A stretch of 64,000 nucleotides of DNA from Vicugna vicugna (taxonomy: Eukaryota): positions 62,001-126,000 of the forward strand of contig MU058221.1 of NCBI GenBank assembly GCA_013265495.1, read 5' to 3'. The notes beneath the pieces are model-generated. The model worked only from the letters and a program-made list of their open reading frames with translations, was not told the origin of the DNA and made no database searches. Position 1 is the stretch's first letter, and each line of letters opens with the position of its first letter. Below are positions 27,451 through 40,821 of the stretch, piece by piece. A program made the position numbers and the translations under genes.

Positions 27451-28089
27451 TCCCATTAAACTACGGGAAATAATACTTACTTTGTTGAGTTTGGTCAACT
27501 TTTTTTTTCCAGGTGGGTAGTTTAAAACCTGATGCATAATCTTAAAGGAATGTTCATTTTGATCGGAAGCAGAGCAGCTGAGGCCTTTGTTTGGCTTGCT
27601 CATTCAGAGGTGGGGTTTTCGTTCTTAAATTCAACAACCGTTAGGCTGATAGGCTCTCAGCTGGGCGCCGGAAACTTAGAGAAGAATCAGAAGGGCATAC
27701 TGTTCCCAGACAGTCAGTGGTCGTACGTGACTAGTGCGGGCAGCAGGGGTCCAGGGATTCTGTGGTCTCTTAAGAGGTAGGTCAAGGCCTGGAAGAGCTT
27801 TCTACAGAGTAAAACCGGCGTGCGCAGCGCCAAGAAGGAGTCAAAAAAGCCCCATGAGGAGACGATCTAGCAGAGAGCACAGCCCAGTTGGGGAGTGACG
27901 GTGGACGAACATGGAAGAGAACGTCGCCCACTCTATTAAGAGAGGACAGGAGCTGCAGGGAGCAGTGGGTGGAATCGACGAGAGCTGATAGGGTGCGGAT
28001 TGAGAGGATGAAGGAAAGAGGTGATTTCCTGGCCTCTGGCTGGAGTAACTAGTGACCACTGGATGACCAGTATCCAGAGCACCTTCTGG

Positions 28090-28470
28090 AGAGGCTATTC
28101 CAAGTGTGGTCTGGGAACTGGCAGTATTACCATGAACTGGGAGCTTGTTAGATATGGGAACTTTCCAGTCCCACTTAATGTACTGAGTCAGAATCTGCAT
28201 TTTAATAAGATCTCCAGATAATTAAAATGTGCATTAGAATTTTGAAAGCACTGATCTCTAGACCACTGACTGTATATTAGAGTGATTGGATATTAGACCA
28301 TGGATCCCTGACTGTACATTAGGAACACCTGGAGAGCTTTAAAAACCAGTCTGAGGCCCCTGCTCCCACAAATGCTTATTTAATTGGTCTGGTGTAGGAC
28401 TCCAAGATCAGTATTTTTTTAAATGCTTCTCAGATGATCTAATACAGTCAGAGCTGAGAACAACCATTCT
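28090..28470. mobile_element. Two adjacent MER5-like hAT elements
   Basis: 'ccaagtgtggtctggg...tcagaatctgcattttaataagatctccag' and a second 'acctggagagctttaaaaa...gagctgagaacaacc'. Confidence 0.65.
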
Positions 28471-28956
28471 AGATTTATTCAAGAACTACTTCATTTAGTT
28501 TTGAAATGCACCTCTTCAGAAAAGAACACCTATGTGTAGATGAAAATATAAAAGACTAGTCATGTCACTCTCATACAGAGGCAGCTGGCCTGCTGAAAAG
28601 GGCCCTTGTCTCCTAAACTGATCAGGGAACCAGATTCTAGCCCCAGATGGCCAGCAGAGTACTCTCTGAACTTGGGCAAATACTCTGCTCTCAGACCTCA
28701 GTTTCCTTATCTGTCAAATACATACATAACTAACTCCAGATTTCACACCCTGGCTTGTAAGTTGCCGTGATCAGAGCTCCTACTAACTCTCCAGCTTTAT
28801 CAGCAGGGAGACAGAGAAGTGGTATTGAGAAGTGGGTTTTCTTGGTGTAACACTATTTGTACCAGCCCAGTGTAACTGCCACGGATGAACACCAGAAGTC
28901 AGAGAATTGTGTGCTGAGCAAAGAGCAATACAAATCAGTGGTGCTCAATAAATGTG

Positions 28957-28987
28957 AAAGAAAGAAAAGAAAAGAAAAATTAAAGAA

Positions 28988-29063
<76 letters not shown>

Positions 29064-29080
29064 AAAGAGAAAGAAAGAAG
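28957..29080. repeat. (GAAA)n microsatellite
   Basis: Seen directly. Confidence 0.95.
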
Positions 29081-31186
29081 ACACAAATGTTAGTAGGTGT
29101 CAGAGACTTTCCATAGATTGGCCCTAACCCAGAGCCTATTCGCTTGCTCCCTAAACTGGAGGAAAGACATTTGGAAGCACTCTGACCCATGAACCCAGCT
29201 TTGGATTAAAAATTACTACTATTAAGAACTGCCAACATTTGTTGCAGGCTTAGTACATACCAGGCATTGGGCTAAATGCTCTGCTTAGGATCACCTCATA
29301 TCACTATAATGAAGAAGATACTGGAGAACCATGCACTCCATCTGGTCTCAGGAGTCGTAGATATAAAGGGGTGAGAACTGCCACGAGGGCAGCCCCTGCC
29401 TCTGGTTGTGCAGCTGGACCTAAGTGGCCAGAGAGCCCTTTTGGGGTCATTCTCCAAAGCATACATCCTTGCATAGAAACCAACCTGAGGGAAGAGCTGC
29501 GGAGTGACTGCTCCAGGATCCTATAGAAATGGATGCTTCCAGAACAGCTATCTCAGGAGACCTGTGGACTATGGTTAAGCCTTGGAAGGAACTCTTCAAA
29601 GCTACCCACTTCATGGTTGCATGTGTGTGCACTTACTGCCTTACTTACTAACAAGAGCCTCTTAGGTGCCCAACCCTGCACCAGTCCTTTACACATATAA
29701 TTCTTTTAATCTTCACAGCATCTTGACATGTTAAGTACTCTTGTTTTTCATATTTTATAGATGAGAAAACTGAGATTTCATGAAGTGAAGATCTGTTTGT
29801 TCCAGCAACCCAGGTTTCTCAAGAGCTACACTTTAATACCACAACTTTCCACATTCACCATGACCCTTTCCATGGGAAGGAAAGTCCTCATTTCAGGTCC
29901 CACTCACTTCTTACAGTTATGCAATCATCAAAACTCTCTGTGCCTCAGTTTTCCACCAATCCCATAAGTTGTCTGTGATTGCCTTTTACTAAGACACTAT
30001 GTGTGGCTTGATCCTCCGTAGCCTGAGATGAGGAGAGATAAATTGTGGACAGTTAAGGGAAACCAAAAGCACTGTGGAGATTTATCCCAAAATGAGAGGG
30101 TCCAGTACATCACTAGTGGCATAACTATCATAAAAGAGGGGAGCCTGTATTTTCCATCTCTAGGGGGACATAATTAAATAATAGCAGAACAATTCAGACT
30201 TTGGATCGGATGTGAGAAGGGGTACTAAGACCCTCTGCTGGGCCAGGGGATTTGCTCAGGGGCTACCTTGTGCAGCTACTCCCCCGGTCACGGGACTTAG
30301 AGCTGAGGTGGATAGGAACACAAGCTGGGTCTGAGCCACACAGGATGAGCTGGGCAGGGGCACAGGCAGGAGGGAGATGAGCCGGGCAGGGGCGCAGGCA
30401 GGAGGGAGTCCTTGTGCAGGAGGGAGTCCTTGTGTGTAACTGGAGTGCGCAGCTCCAGTCGCAGCCAGAGGCAGGGGTTAGAAGGGGAAGGAGGCTCATC
30501 CCAGGACCCCAGCACCTAAAGTAGCTGCTCCACGCGTGGCTCCAGGCCCAGAGCTGCGAACCAAGCTCAGTGTGAGCACTCTTGCTGATGTGCATCCCAG
30601 CAGACCTGGGCCTCCCTGCAGGGCGTTCAGGACTACCACAGCGCTGGTGGTTAAGAGCAGGGCTCCACCATCCTGCACCCTGGTGTCCTGGCCAGCAGCA
30701 CGTCCAGCTCATAGGAGAGGTCTAGCCCTCAGAGCCCCTTCACTCCGCACGAAGGAGGAGTGGTAGTTTCAGCCTCAGCCAGGGGAGGCTGTGGCATTTA
30801 TTTCTTCAGCAACACTAATGTCGCGATCCTGGGTGGGAGGATCCCTAAGTCCACATCATCACTGAGCCCTACTGATCAGCTTCGACAAGGACCCCAAACA
30901 CATTTCTGCTGCTTCCGCTTCCCAAACTCCCACCCGGGTTTGCATGATTTCGTACAAAGCTCACTGTGGCAAATTTTTACTGGTGCTGGTTTTTGCCTTA
31001 AACAAAAATACAGCCTCAAACTTTGATTATTTCCATTTTACTGTTGAGGAAACTAGGCACAGCACCGAAGGGGAGACCATAATACAAACCGGAGCCACCA
31101 GCTGAGCTAAGGTGAGACCTTCAGGCCCCTGTGGTTTTACCCCCAAATGAGGAGCTGCTTAAGGTACTACAGGATGCCAGCCGTGA

Positions 31187-31951
31187 GGTAGGAATGCAGT
31201 TTGGTGCAGCCACTGTGGAAAATAGCATGGAGATTCCTCAAAAGACTAGGAATGGACTTACCATATGACCCAGGAATCCTGCTCCTGGGTATATATCCAG
31301 AAGGAACCCTACTTCAAAATGACACCTGCACCCCAATGTTCATAGCAGCACTATTTACAATAGCCAAGACATGGAGACAGCCTAAATGTCCATCAACAGA
31401 TGACTGGATAAAGAAGATGTGGTATATTTATACAGTGGAATATTACTCGGCCATAAAAACCGACAACATAACGCCATTTGCAGCAACATGGATGTCCCTG
31501 GAGAATGTCATTCTAAGTGAAGTAAGCCAGGAAGAGAAAGAAAAATACCATATGAGATCGCTCATATGCGGACTCTAAAAAAAATAGAAAAAAGAAAAAA
31601 AAAAAGAAAGGAAGAAAAGAAAAAGACAAATGAACGTAAATACAAAACAGCAAACAGACTCACAGACATAGAACACAAACTTGCGGTTGCCAGAGGGGGA
31701 GGGGGGCTGGAAGGGACAGACTGAGAGTTAGAAATCTGTAGACACTGACAGGCATATGTAGAATAGATACACAAGATTATACTGTACAGCACAGGGAGAT
31801 GTATACAAGATCTTGTGTTAGCTCACAGCGAAAAAGCATGCGACAATGAATATATGTATGTTCCTGTATAACTGAAAAATTGTGTTCTACACTGGAAACT
31901 GACACAACATTGTAAACTGACTATACCTCAATAAAATAAAATTTAAAAAAA
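31187..31951 (+). mobile_element. 5'-truncated young LINE-1
   Basis: ORF 31201-31578 is the ORF2 C-terminus (QPLWK...[14 protein letters not shown]); 16-bp TSD aggatgccagccgtga / aagatgccagcagtga. Confidence 0.95.
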
Positions 31952-34046
31952 AAGATGCCAGCAGTGAAGTATGTCCAGATATGTCCTCTCCCAAAATCAT
32001 CTGGCCCTGTGTAGCCCATTTTCCAATGTGTTTCAATTTAACTGCCATTTCCTGGAGCCACCCGCTCTTCACAGGGACTTGTTCCAGACACCATAAGCAA
32101 CCTTGCTGCAGGCTATACCCAAGCCTCACTGAGGAGTATTCTGAAATACCAAGCTGGGGTCCAGACCAGACCAACTGAATCAGAATTTCTAGGTGTGGGC
32201 CCCCCGTTTTTTGTTTTTTTTTTTTTAACCTCTGCAGGTAACTAGAATGTGCAGTCAGGATAGAGAACCACTTCAGCAGGAAATGCAGAGACAAAGCCTG
32301 GGTCCTGACAGGTGAGGAGCCTGCAAAATAGGAAGGCTCTCAGTTTAGTAATGGATGATCGCCGAAAGTCATCAGGAAGAGGAAGATACTAAAATCTCTC
32401 TCTTGACCAAAGCATGTCAAGATGATGCCAAACTAACAAATACCCCTGGACTCAGCCTTGAGTGAGAGAGGGCATCACCACACTGCTAAGAGCAGGACCT
32501 CCGGTTCCACCCCAAGAAAACGCGAACGATTGAAACCAGAATCCTTGTCCCTTCTCTGATGGCACTGTTGTTTATAAGAAGCCTTCAGACATCGAGCAGT
32601 TATGAATTCCAGAAATAGTAAATGATCTCCAGGAGCATTGGAGCAAGGCAGTCATGTAAATCGAAAAATGAAAGACAAAAGAAATTGCCTCATGGCCTGA
32701 TGAGAGGCTAATAGATGTACAGACAGAGAGATCGGTGTGTCACCACTAATGATGTCACTTTAGGAAAATCAGAAGGCTGAGAATTGTTTTTTTAATGTCC
32801 TGCCCTACAGTCATTTCATATTCATTCATCTTAACAAAAGTAAGCCGGAAAAAAATGTGTACTTGTTTAAAATATTAGTCAGGAAAGGTAAAACAATTTC
32901 TCTTTCTTTCTTTGCTTCTTTGTTTCTTCCTTCTTTCCTTCCTACCTTCCTTCCTTCTTTTTTTTAAACCATGTTCTCACTTTGCCACTGCATTCCCTGG
33001 CAAAGTAATGGGGTGCCTGTTAAGGCCCATGGATAGTCATTAAGCAGGTGGCATTTAAATTTGTTCATCTCACAACAGCCCGATGAAATGGAACTAGTCA
33101 CTCGATAGTATTAGCTACTAACACCCGCTCCTAGACACCAAGGTTGAAGAATGCAGCACCACTCATTTATAGTCCAACCTTTCACCAGTATTTTACAAGG
33201 CCTGATGGATGCCTTTAATGACCACATAAATCAGTGTTGACAGTTGTGCCCCCTCTGCGTTCTAGTTTCCAGATGTAGCTAATGAAATTAACATGCTCAG
33301 TCCTTCTCTTCCTTTGCAGAATGGGGCGCTTTACCTGTACAGAGGACTATAAGAGGATGCTGGAAGCACTGGTACAAAAAATGTCAGTAAAACTAAAAGG
33401 CTCAGGGAACTTAAGCTGTACATGCCCCGTCCAGCCTCCAGTGTGCTCATCACCTCCCTTACCTTTCTTAAAATGTTACATGCCCAAAGGGGATGAAATA
33501 ATGGAGAACAAATATCAATTAAGCAAGTCTTTATTCTATTACAAAGTGGAGGCTTATCTCGCGTTGAGTCACTTCCTCACAGACCCAGCCAGAAGAGTAG
33601 AAGTCGAAATCCTCTGTGCTCAACCACTTTATCTTGCTTGAGGTAACAGAGTGGAAATCAAAATACTTCTCTAGCCAGTTTCTGCTGCCCAACACAACAT
33701 TGCCTCTGATTAATGATAGGTTTTAAATCAAAACGTGTTCACCAGTTAAGCCGTAAACATAGCTGAGTGTAAATTTTGCTTTTGTTTTATTCCCTTTATT
33801 TTCCTTAAGGAGATTGTCGCGCCCAGGCTGACACCTCCTTTACTTTTTTCATCTTGGCTAACAAGTTTAAATAAGCATGGGCAGAATTTCATTCAATAAA
33901 TCGTTCATACAAAACAGTCTCTTTCTAACAAAGAGGAAGTTACTGTAAAATGGAGAAGTTTTAATTATTTAAAAAATGAGGCACTAGAACTATGAAGCAT
34001 GCCTAGTAAAACTGTTAACAGTTGTGCTTTAAGAAAATGCAAGTTA

Positions 34047-34980
34047 AATGGGCAGAAGACCTGAACAAGCAATTCTCCAATGAAGACATACGAATGACCA
34101 ATAGGCACATGAAAAAATGCTCAATATCACTAATTATAAGAGAAATGCAACTCAAAACTACAATGAGGTATCACCTCACACCAGTCAGAATGGCCATCAT
34201 GCAAAAGTTCACAAATGATAAATGCTGGAGAGGGTGTGGAGAAAAGGGAACCCTCCTATAGTGTTCGTGGGAATGCGGTTTGGTGCAGCCATTGTGGCAA
34301 ACAGTACGGAGAGTCCTCAAAAGACTAAAATTAGACTTACCATAGGACCCAGCAATCTCATTCCTGGGCATATATCCAGAGGGAACCCTAACTCAAAAAG
34401 ACACCTGCACCCCAACATTCATAGAAGTACTGTTTACAATAGCCAAGACATGGAAACCACCAAAATGTCCATCAACAGAGGGCTGGATAAAGATACCATT
34501 GTGGTATATTTATATGATGGAATACTACTCAGCCTTCAAAACTGATAAAATAATGTGATTTGCAGCAACATGGATGGCCCTGGAGAATGTCATTCTAAGT
34601 GAATTAAGCCAGAAAAAGAAAGAAAAATACCATGTGATATCACTCATATGTGGAATCTAAAAAAAAAAAGACAAATGAACTTATATAGAAAACAGAAACA
34701 GACTCACAGACATAGAATGCAGACTTGTGGTTGTCGGGGGGAGGGGAGTGGGAAGGGATAAACTGGGAATTTGAGATTTGCAGATACTGACTGGTATAGA
34801 TAAAATAGATAAACAAGTTTATACTGTACAGCACAGGGAAATATATTCAATATCTTGTAGTAGCCTATGGTGAAAAAGAATATGAAAATGAATATATTCA
34901 TTCAAGTATGACTGAAGAATTGTGCTGTGCACCAGAAATTGACACAACATAAGCTGACTATACCTCAATTAAAAAGAAAA
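34047..34980 (+). mobile_element. 5'-truncated young LINE-1
   Basis: ORF2 end and 3' UTR; 16-bp TSD aagaaaatgcaagtta (34031-34046) / aagaaaatgaaagtta (34981-34996) at a TT|AAGA endonuclease-type site. Confidence 0.95.
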
Positions 34981-37900
34981 AAGAAAATGAAAGTTATAGC
35001 TTTGTCCCTGAGCTTGTGTTGGCACCTCTTGGCAGCACTATCCACTGATGGTCACTTTCTGCTTCACAAAGTCTTCTCCCTTCACTTCTGCGTTTCCCCA
35101 TCTCCCAGAATCTCTTTTACCTTTGTGGTCATTCCTCCTTTGTGACCTTCCTTAAGTGGCTTTGATTCGTAATAATGCATCTGTTAATGTCACTAAAATC
35201 CTTTGGGAGTTGCCCACCTTCTACAGGATAAAGTCTAGACTCCTTAGCATGGGATGCAAAGCCCTTCAGGATCGGCCCCACCAACCTTCCCCACCCATCC
35301 TATAACAACCTGTCATGCTTCAGCTGTATCAGCCTCCTTCCTGTTTCCTAAACCTGTCATGTTATTTCACACTTCTGTATCTTTGTACAGAATGTTCTCA
35401 ACTCCACCCCCATCCTCCCCTGAGGAATTCTAATTCATCTTTAAAGAGTCAGGGGAAAAAGGTGAGCAATTCTGGAAGGGTTTCCCTGAGCCTAATTAGA
35501 GGAAACACTCCCTTCTGGGTCCCTGGCATCTGCGACATGTCTTTATCGTGAACTCTGCAACGTGCTGCCTCACCTGTGAGGGCAGTAGGTGCTTGTTCTC
35601 CAGAGTTCGGCTCAGTGCCTTGTACCCAGTAGGTGCTACTATGTGATTAGGGTGCAAGAACCATCACACTTATTTCTCTAAACTGAATTTAATTTGCCCA
35701 GAGCTCTTTACTCCCTCCACAGGGAAATTTCACCTCAGTCCTTACTGGGGCGTGCTCCCTCCCCAGGGTCAAGGGTATGTTCCTGGCAAAGAGGGCCCTC
35801 CAAACTCTGTCTGCACTGGTCCCCATCCAGGCTTATTTTCCAGTCCTGCGTGGACCCAGGAGGCGGGTTCTTATGAGGCCTGGGACTTGGGATTTTTCCA
35901 CAGGGGTTCTCAAGGCCGCAGTCCTTAATGCTTAGCTGTTTCTACTCTACCCCACCCCTCCTCCTGCCCCTCAGCATCCCTCACTGGGAGTGCTGTGGGA
36001 AAGGAAGCCCCGGGCAGTCACACTTCACGAGCACCCTCAATAGCCTTGTTTTTCTTTCCTTTTCAGGGACCTCCTTAGCCTGCAGTCAGGATGTGCGCCC
36101 TCAAAAACCCGAAGCCCCCACTCCAGCGCCAGCACAGGGCACACGGTTCCCCTCACGAGCACAGGTGGCCGAAACAAAGCCAAGAGTAAGGGTGTCGTCT
36201 TCTCCTGGAAAGTCCGTTTTCACCCCTGCAGGGAAAGGCCCCCAAAGACAAGGGCACACGAGAGTTTTCCTACCTTCTTGGTGCAGAGGAGAGACGAGCG
36301 CTGACAACAAAGAGAAAAAGACACCAGAGAGCTTCTCAATAAGTTACCTTGCCGTGCAGCGCTCAGTGAATTCGTTCAACTGCTTAATTAAGAGCAGAAG
36401 TGTCCCTGAGAAAACACATGAATAAGATTTCTCTCCAGAAGAAAAGCACCTGTACTCGGCAGCCTCCTCCCTTCAGCTTAGCCTCCTCCTCCGTTCCGTG
36501 GGGACGAGACCCTAAGATGCTTGGGGCCCTCCCAGCTGTGGTGCAGGAATGCCACTCACAGGGCCGAATTTAGGTTGAACTGCGGGCCTGGGTGGCTCAC
36601 AGGGGCACTTGCAGCGGCTGTGCTAACCTACTTTCTCTCACGGGTGCTTTTAATCTCTTTAAATCTCGCCCAGCCAGTGAAGAACTGAAAGCCTGGCTGA
36701 GAGGCAGTGGAAGACAGACGCTGCAGGCCACAGGCGAGAAGGGGTTAAAGCCTACGGGGGAAGCAGGCACGTGGGTGATCCTTCCAGGAAAGCACGTGGT
36801 ACTGGGGAGGAGAGAGCTGCCAGTGTAACTTTGTTTCGAGAATAAATCGCACATTTTCCCTCCGTGTTTGCTTTTCTCTCTTTGATCCCCTTGAAGCCCT
36901 CTGGAAATGCCCAGCCAGGATTCTTTCCCTCCCTTCTGAGGCTGACGAGAAGGAGCCCAAGAACTCTCTTGAGATTCCTCAAGCGGAGACATAAATAGGG
37001 ACCCCCAGGCCATGATGGAGCCACGGGGCCTGTGGAAACCTAGGACCCAGACATTTTTTCAGTGAAGTTTAATCACCACAAATATGCCATGGTGTTTCCA
37101 AGCATGTCGTCACGGCGCCCAGAAGCTGTTTAAAAGGGAGCAATCACAGACAGGGTCTATAACCAAAGCCACCGAGAGTCATGGGGGTTTAAAAACAAAA
37201 GGAGAAAAGTGGCGCTCGGGTGGGTTAGGGTTTAGCTTTTATCCTAGGAAGTGGCGAATGTCTGCACGCGGAGAGGCCGCCCAAATCACGCCCTCACTGT
37301 GGGGAGTTTATGATTAAAATGCTCTAGAAACCGCGGCTCCTAGTTAAGCAGTTCCCCCTCTTTTTTCACCCAGATAGCTTCATTTCAAGGGAGTTGTAGG
37401 TAGGATGGTACCAGTGAAAGATAAGGACCTTGGCCTCAGACAGATCTGCATTCAGTTCCGGCTTTTCCAGTGCTGGTTGTGAGATAAAGCAAGTTAAGTG
37501 CTTGGTTTCCTTGTCTGTCAGACGGGAGTAACACCACTTGCACAACGAGCATCAAAATACACGAAATGCGACGTGTAAACCCAGTATTGTGCTTGGCTCT
37601 GAATGTTCAATAAATGCCAATCCCCTTCCTTTTTTAGAGGGAGTATAAAGTTTACTCATACATTTTAAAAATGACCAATTATTTACAGAGAATGTAGTAA
37701 AATTAGTCAAAAGTAATGTCACGTGATTTGTTTTTAAAGTGGCTGTGCCGTACAGGAAAAGCCATGGCTGCAGTAACCACATGAGAGACTCACACAAGAG
37801 CACCTACACGTATTCCTTGAAGAAACGTGCAAATTTTCGTTTTTTTCTTTTTCCATTTTTAATTTCTGAATTTCAGCTCTATTTTAAGTCCTTTTGGTAG

Positions 37901-38415
37901 GTGATATTAACATCTGAAGTTAGTTACAGGCCTGTCGCCATCTTCTTTGAATATTTCATCTTTCTATTCCTATGACTATAATCATCTTTCAGCTGCATGC
38001 TTCCCTCAGCCTGATTCACATGTCATACCCCAATGAATGCATTTTTGATAGAGACTGCACATTGATTCCGCTATTAATCTCTTCATATCACTGTCAGGTC
38101 CTTCAAGGCTACGCTTCTGCTCACACATGAAGTTAACAGCCAGCCACGTGTTCCCTCTGCTTCCCTTGGGAGTAGTTCTTATTTTATGGGTAGCTAGGGT
38201 GCCCGTTCAGGACGTGAGATGACTACTGCACAGATAAAACCAGTCATGGAAATGTAATGTAGCCGCTGCCTCCTCACAGTGCAGTATTCAAGTCAGAAAA
38301 CACTTCCTCAGCAACGGTTAATGCTGAAAGCCCAGCCACATACGCCCCACTCGACGGGAAGGTACATACAAGATGAGGCTCAGGTCTGGAAAGTGTCAAG
38401 TAACAGCTGCACGTA

Positions 38416-38722
38416 TATTCAGCCCTCCACACCCACGGTTCCACGTCTGTCAGTCCAACCAGCTGCAGTTCAAAAATATTTTCCAGAGCATTCTGAAAAG
38501 GAAAACTTGAATTTGCTATACACCCAGCAACTAATTATATAGCATTTCCATTGTATTAGGTGTTAAAAGTAATCAAGTGATGATCTAAAGTACACGGGAG
38601 GATTTGCAGTGGTCATTTGCAAATACTATGCCATTTTATAGAAGGCACTTGAGCATCTGAACACATTGGAACCTTCAAGGGGTCCTGGAACCAATCCCCT
38701 GTGGATACCAACAAATAACTGT
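38416..38722 (+). mobile_element. Tigger3-like (TcMar-Tigger) non-autonomous DNA transposon
   Basis: 'cagccctccacacccacggttcc...gggtcctggaaccaatcccctgtggatacc' resembles recalled Tigger3a. Confidence 0.7.
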
Positions 38723-38947
38723 GTTGTCATAAAACTGCACGGAGGCACTGATCAATGGCCAATCCTGACAGCCAGTTCTGGGATCCTCCAAAGGGCAGAG
38801 GTATCCAAAGGAAGACTTCATGGAGATGGGCAGGCTAGCTCTGGACAGAAAGGAAACAAAAAACCAGGCAAGCCTTGGAAAAGCTAACAGATTTACCTTG
38901 CTTCATAGAGTCCCCTTGGGTGATATTTGGAATGGAAACTGGGGAAT

Positions 38948-39454
38948 GTGGTGGCTTAAATGTGATGGCAAATGCTTTGTCACTGTCTCTATCTAGAGGC
39001 AGACTTCACTCCTAATTTTGACTCTGGGCCGGTTCTGTGACTGACTGACAAATAGAACATAGCAGAAATAACGCCATGCCAGTCTGGGGCCTAACATTTA
39101 GGAGAAACGGTAGTTTTCACTCCCTGCTTTTGCTTTTGAGATACTGCCTCTTCGGATTCAGCCACCATGCTATGAGAAGCCCAAGCCACGTGGAGAAGCC
39201 ATGTGTAGGCTCGTTGATCAAAGCCCCAGTTGAGTTCCCACCTAACAGACAACATTAAGACCACCGTGTGAGTGAGTCAGCTCACATATTCCAACCCAGT
39301 AAAGCCCCCAGATGACTCCAGTCAATACCACAGGGAGCAGAAGATCTACTCGACTGAGCTCAGTCAACCCACGGAATTGCAAGAGACAATAAAGTAGTCT
39401 TGCTGTTAGGTACAAACTTTGGAAGAGGTATGTTACACAATAGATAATTGAAAC
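38948..39454 (+). mobile_element. MLT1 (MaLR; G/H-like) solo LTR
   Basis: TG start 'tgtggtggct', MaLR body 'gccaccatgctatgagaagcccaagccac', end 'atagataattgaaaca'. Confidence 0.75.
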
Positions 39455-40031
39455 AGGGAGGGTCTTGTGGGAGCCCTTGAATGCCAAATACCAAAGTCCA
39501 CCCTTTATCATTATCCTCCTCCTCCTCATCACCATTGTCATCACAGAAACCATTAGTAAATGGCCACCATGTGCCAGACAATACATTGTGAATTTTTAAT
39601 ATACTTTTAAAATTTAACTTGCTTATAAACTTCTGTGGTACATACTATTATTCATACTTAATGGTCAAGAAAACCAAAATGTATAAATCTTTAGAAATTC
39701 ACTCAAGTTGATACAGCCAGGAAACAGTAGAGATGGGGTTTAACAAGTCACATTCCGACAGCTCCCAAACCTGCCATCTTCTCTCTGAAAGAAGAATAAG
39801 CAGTGGACATGCTGATCATCTTGGGAGATGAAAACAACTCTTCCGGCGGAACTGGCAACCAGCTGGAAAAAACAAGCTGCCCGGACTTGTCAAATAATTC
39901 CAGGCAAGAAGAAAGGCAGCGGGTCCAACCCACGTTGCTCAGTGACTATATAGGTACACAAGACAAATTGAGAAAAATAAGAGTAAGAAGTTTTTTTTAA
40001 TAAGCATTTAGTCAGGAAAATGGAAGCCACT

Positions 40032-40525
40032 TGTATTACTTATCTGTTTCTGCATAATTATGCCCCCCAAAAATAAAACTTAGCCTATAATAACTATAAT
40101 CATCTATTATCTGTCACAATTTCTGTCTGCCGGGAATTTGGAAGTGGCTCCACTGGGAAAGACCATCTTGCTGTCTCTCAGCTTGAAACTGGAGGGTCCG
40201 TTCAAAGCAGCTCACTCACATGGCTGCCAGGGTTAGGGTTAGGGTTAGGGTTAGGACCCAGGTCCTCATTAAGTAGAACTCTCCAGAGGGCTGTCTGAGT
40301 GTCCTCCTGAGCTGACAACTGGCTTCCCCCAGAGCGTGGCTTCCAAAGGCCAAGACACAAGCCACAACACCGTATTGGAACCACCTCAAAAGTCACACAC
40401 CATCTCTTCCACCTGATTCTGTGGGTTACACAAATTCCTGATTCAGTCTAGGAGGAGAGGTCATAAAGATTTGAATACCAGGAAAAAGCAATCTTTGGGG
40501 GCCATCTTGGAGGCTGGCTACCACA
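40032..40525 (-). mobile_element. Old MLT1 (MaLR) LTR containing a telomeric-repeat tract
   Basis: Antisense MaLR ends 'tgtattact...' and 'gccatcttggaggctggctaccaca'. Confidence 0.7.
40229..40255 (+). repeat. Short interstitial telomeric sequence (TTAGGG)n, about 4.5 units
   Basis: agggttagggttagggttagggttagg seen directly. Confidence 0.9.
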
Positions 40526-40821
40526 TTCTTCTACTCCAAGTACTAAAGGCTTTAAATCAAGACATTCAAGCCTTTCACCTCTGTTTGCAGGACTGGGGAG
40601 CAGGGGTCAAGGAGGTTATTTGTGAGGGTCTCAGCCTGCATCACCATCATCATGGTTCTGAAGAGCTCACCTGGGTGCTGCTTCAAATATCAGAACACTT
40701 TGAGAAATTCCTACCATGCATTTTAGCCAGCAATTGTGAAGTGAGAAATTCTCTAGAGGCTACTTCTGGCTATCTTAGTGCCTGCTGTACCTAAGACGGT
40801 CATTCAGAAGAGTACCCTGAA

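Noticed and set aside
26350..27603. Many overlapping 110-250 aa ORFs on both strands
   Set aside because: Expected in GC-rich CpG islands; low-complexity Arg/Gly/Pro/Ala content and no recognisable domain. Only one frame is kept, as a speculative spliced ORF.
28853..29190. Lys/Glu/Arg-rich and Phe/Ser/Leu-rich ORFs
   Set aside because: Translations of the (GAAA)n microsatellite.
35928..36425. 165-aa plus-strand ORF
   Set aside because: No recognisable product; only the acceptor near 36066 is notable and it is covered in the findings.
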